From the NCBI GenBank assembly GCA_963701095.1, contig OY969564.1, positions 2,272,001-2,336,000 of the forward strand: a DNA stretch of 64,000 bases, written 5' to 3'. A program made the translations under genes and the position numbers. The stretch is from an uncultured Methanoregulaceae archaeon (GTDB taxonomy: Archaea; Halobacteriota; Methanomicrobia; Methanomicrobiales; Methanospirillaceae). A model generated the notes under the pieces. The model ran no database searches, was not told the DNA's origin, and saw only the letters and a program-made list of their open reading frames with translations. Below are positions 62,854 to 64,000 of the stretch, piece after piece (the first letter of the stretch is position 1; the number at the start of each line of letters is the position of its first letter).

Positions 62854-63270
62854 TCATGTGAAGATAACCAGGTTTCCGATATCGTCTTTCAGGTCTCCTG
62901 TACAGTTCTCCATCCCGCCAACCAGCGAGGTAACCAGTTGCGGGTCAAAATTTCCCTTCGTATACATGCAGGTCATGCTTTTCCCCTCAAGCAGGCTCTT
63001 CATCTCCTGCGTTTCGGTGGCGTTCAGGCTGACAAGTGTCTTTGTAAAAACGCAGCCTGGGGAAGACGCGTAGCGCATGGTCCCGACATCATCGATGACG
63101 GTTATATTTGTATCCGTGCAGGCATTTGCAGCGGTGATGAACCCGGCCTCGGCCGGGGTGGGTGCGTTTTGTGAAGCCACGGGTGTATTATTGGAAGTGC
63201 AGCCGGCGAAGGTTGCCGCCAGGAGGAGTACAGCCAGCGGTATCACGGTATACCTTATTCTGCTTTGCAT
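62854..63270 (-). CDS. Putative lipoprotein
   Basis: FAGC lipobox; Cys-containing mature domain. Confidence 0.65.
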   Translation of the reverse strand: MQSRIRYTVIPLAVLLLAATFAGCTSNNTPVASQNAPTPAEAGFITAANACTDTNITVIDDVGTMRYASSPGCVFTKTLVSLNATETQEMKSLLEGKSMTCMYTKGNFDPQLVTSLVGGMENCTGDLKDDIGNLVIFT

Positions 63271-63277
63271 GGAAACA

Positions 63278-64000
63278 TCAGCCCCCCGCCGTACCCGGCC
63301 CGCCAACAGGGATCGATTTCACGATGTCTTCCAAGTGCCCGTAGATGCTAAAAAGTCGTAGTGGCTCGACAGCAGGATCGGTTGATCCCTGCCCGGCATT
63401 TATCCCGTACACGCTCTGCACGGCGCCAGCATCAACAGTAAGCCGCTGAATGAAATAGCTGTTTGCCGTCGTTGGCGGGTACTCGGACAGACCGAGACTC
63501 GTTGCTATATTCTTCCTGATCTCGTCCTGCGTAGCCTTGGCGATATCCTTGTTGCTGAGAGCCGTGGATACATCATTGAAATATTCTTCATAGTTACCCT
63601 GGCCCTTTTTCAGCTGTGCCAGATCCCAGTTCGCCTGGAAATTCGTGGGGTCTTTATCGAGTATCGCTTTATATTCCCCTTCAATTTTCGCTTCCGTTGC
63701 ATCGACCTGGGCTTTTTCTTTTGCAACCATCAACCTCTCCTGGGCAATCTCCGGCGTGTCCCCGGTTCCGGTTCCCGCAGTTGCTATTTCATACCTGGTG
63801 ATGTCATTTTCCTGGTTTGTCATCTGTTCACGTAGGGTAAGATCATTGATCAGATCGTAGTGCGCGCTTCCGATAGCTGAAGAAATATATCCTGTGGAGG
63901 CAGGTGCAACTGAAGGAATGAGTGTCACTGCGGTTGCCACCGGGCATCCCTGGTTGTTTGTCCCGCTGAATGAAGTTGTTCCCGTGCAGGCGCCAGCAGT
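63278..64000 (-). CDS. Partial secreted protein with a TPR-like helix pair (5' end beyond window)
   Basis: YKAILDKDPTNFQANWDLAQLKKGQGNYEEY. Confidence 0.5.
   Translation of the reverse strand, partial: TAGACTGTTSFSGTNNQGCPVATAVTLIPSVAPASTGYISSAIGSAHYDLINDLTLREQMTNQENDITRYEIATAGTGTGDTPEIAQERLMVAKEKAQVDATEAKIEGEYKAILDKDPTNFQANWDLAQLKKGQGNYEEYFNDVSTALSNKDIAKATQDEIRKNIATSLGLSEYPPTTANSYFIQRLTVDAGAVQSVYGINAGQGSTDPAVEPLRLFSIYGHLEDIVKSIPVGGPGTAGG

Overview
Archaeal chromosomal window, most consistent with a Methanomicrobiales methanogen (Methanoregula-like). This is inferred from gene content: DGGGP synthase, HdrA-like protein, thermosome, and the L15e-RNase P-proteasome alpha-SBDS-L37ae-RpoP-Pcc1-prefoldin superoperon without exosome genes. 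Layout: (1-11.7 kb) surface locus with a PstA permease apparently extended by an extracellular domain, PKD proteins, a VirB11/PilB-type ATPase and a PKD-bearing type IV pilin, interrupted by a complete IS1595 element; (11.8-13.6 kb) AT-rich relic with a phage terminase small subunit-like gene next to tRNA-Glu; (13.8-47.7 kb) mostly housekeeping genes, four tRNAs in total, a WbpA/B/E-like sugar cluster and a wHTH-TPR/roadblock/double-V4R module; (48-52 kb) two orphan T4 gp19-like tail-tube genes plus paralogous secreted proteins; (55-58.8 kb) a small integrated element with a tyrosine integrase, an HUH rolling-circle Rep and a hairpin array. Best candidate novelties: a possible leucine-sensing +1 ribosomal frameshift/uORF at the start of the LeuA/CimA gene, two promoter-flanked structured ncRNA candidates, the orphan tube pair and the RCR element. 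Many single-base frameshifts in essential genes point to indel errors in the assembly, which tempers every frameshift-based claim.
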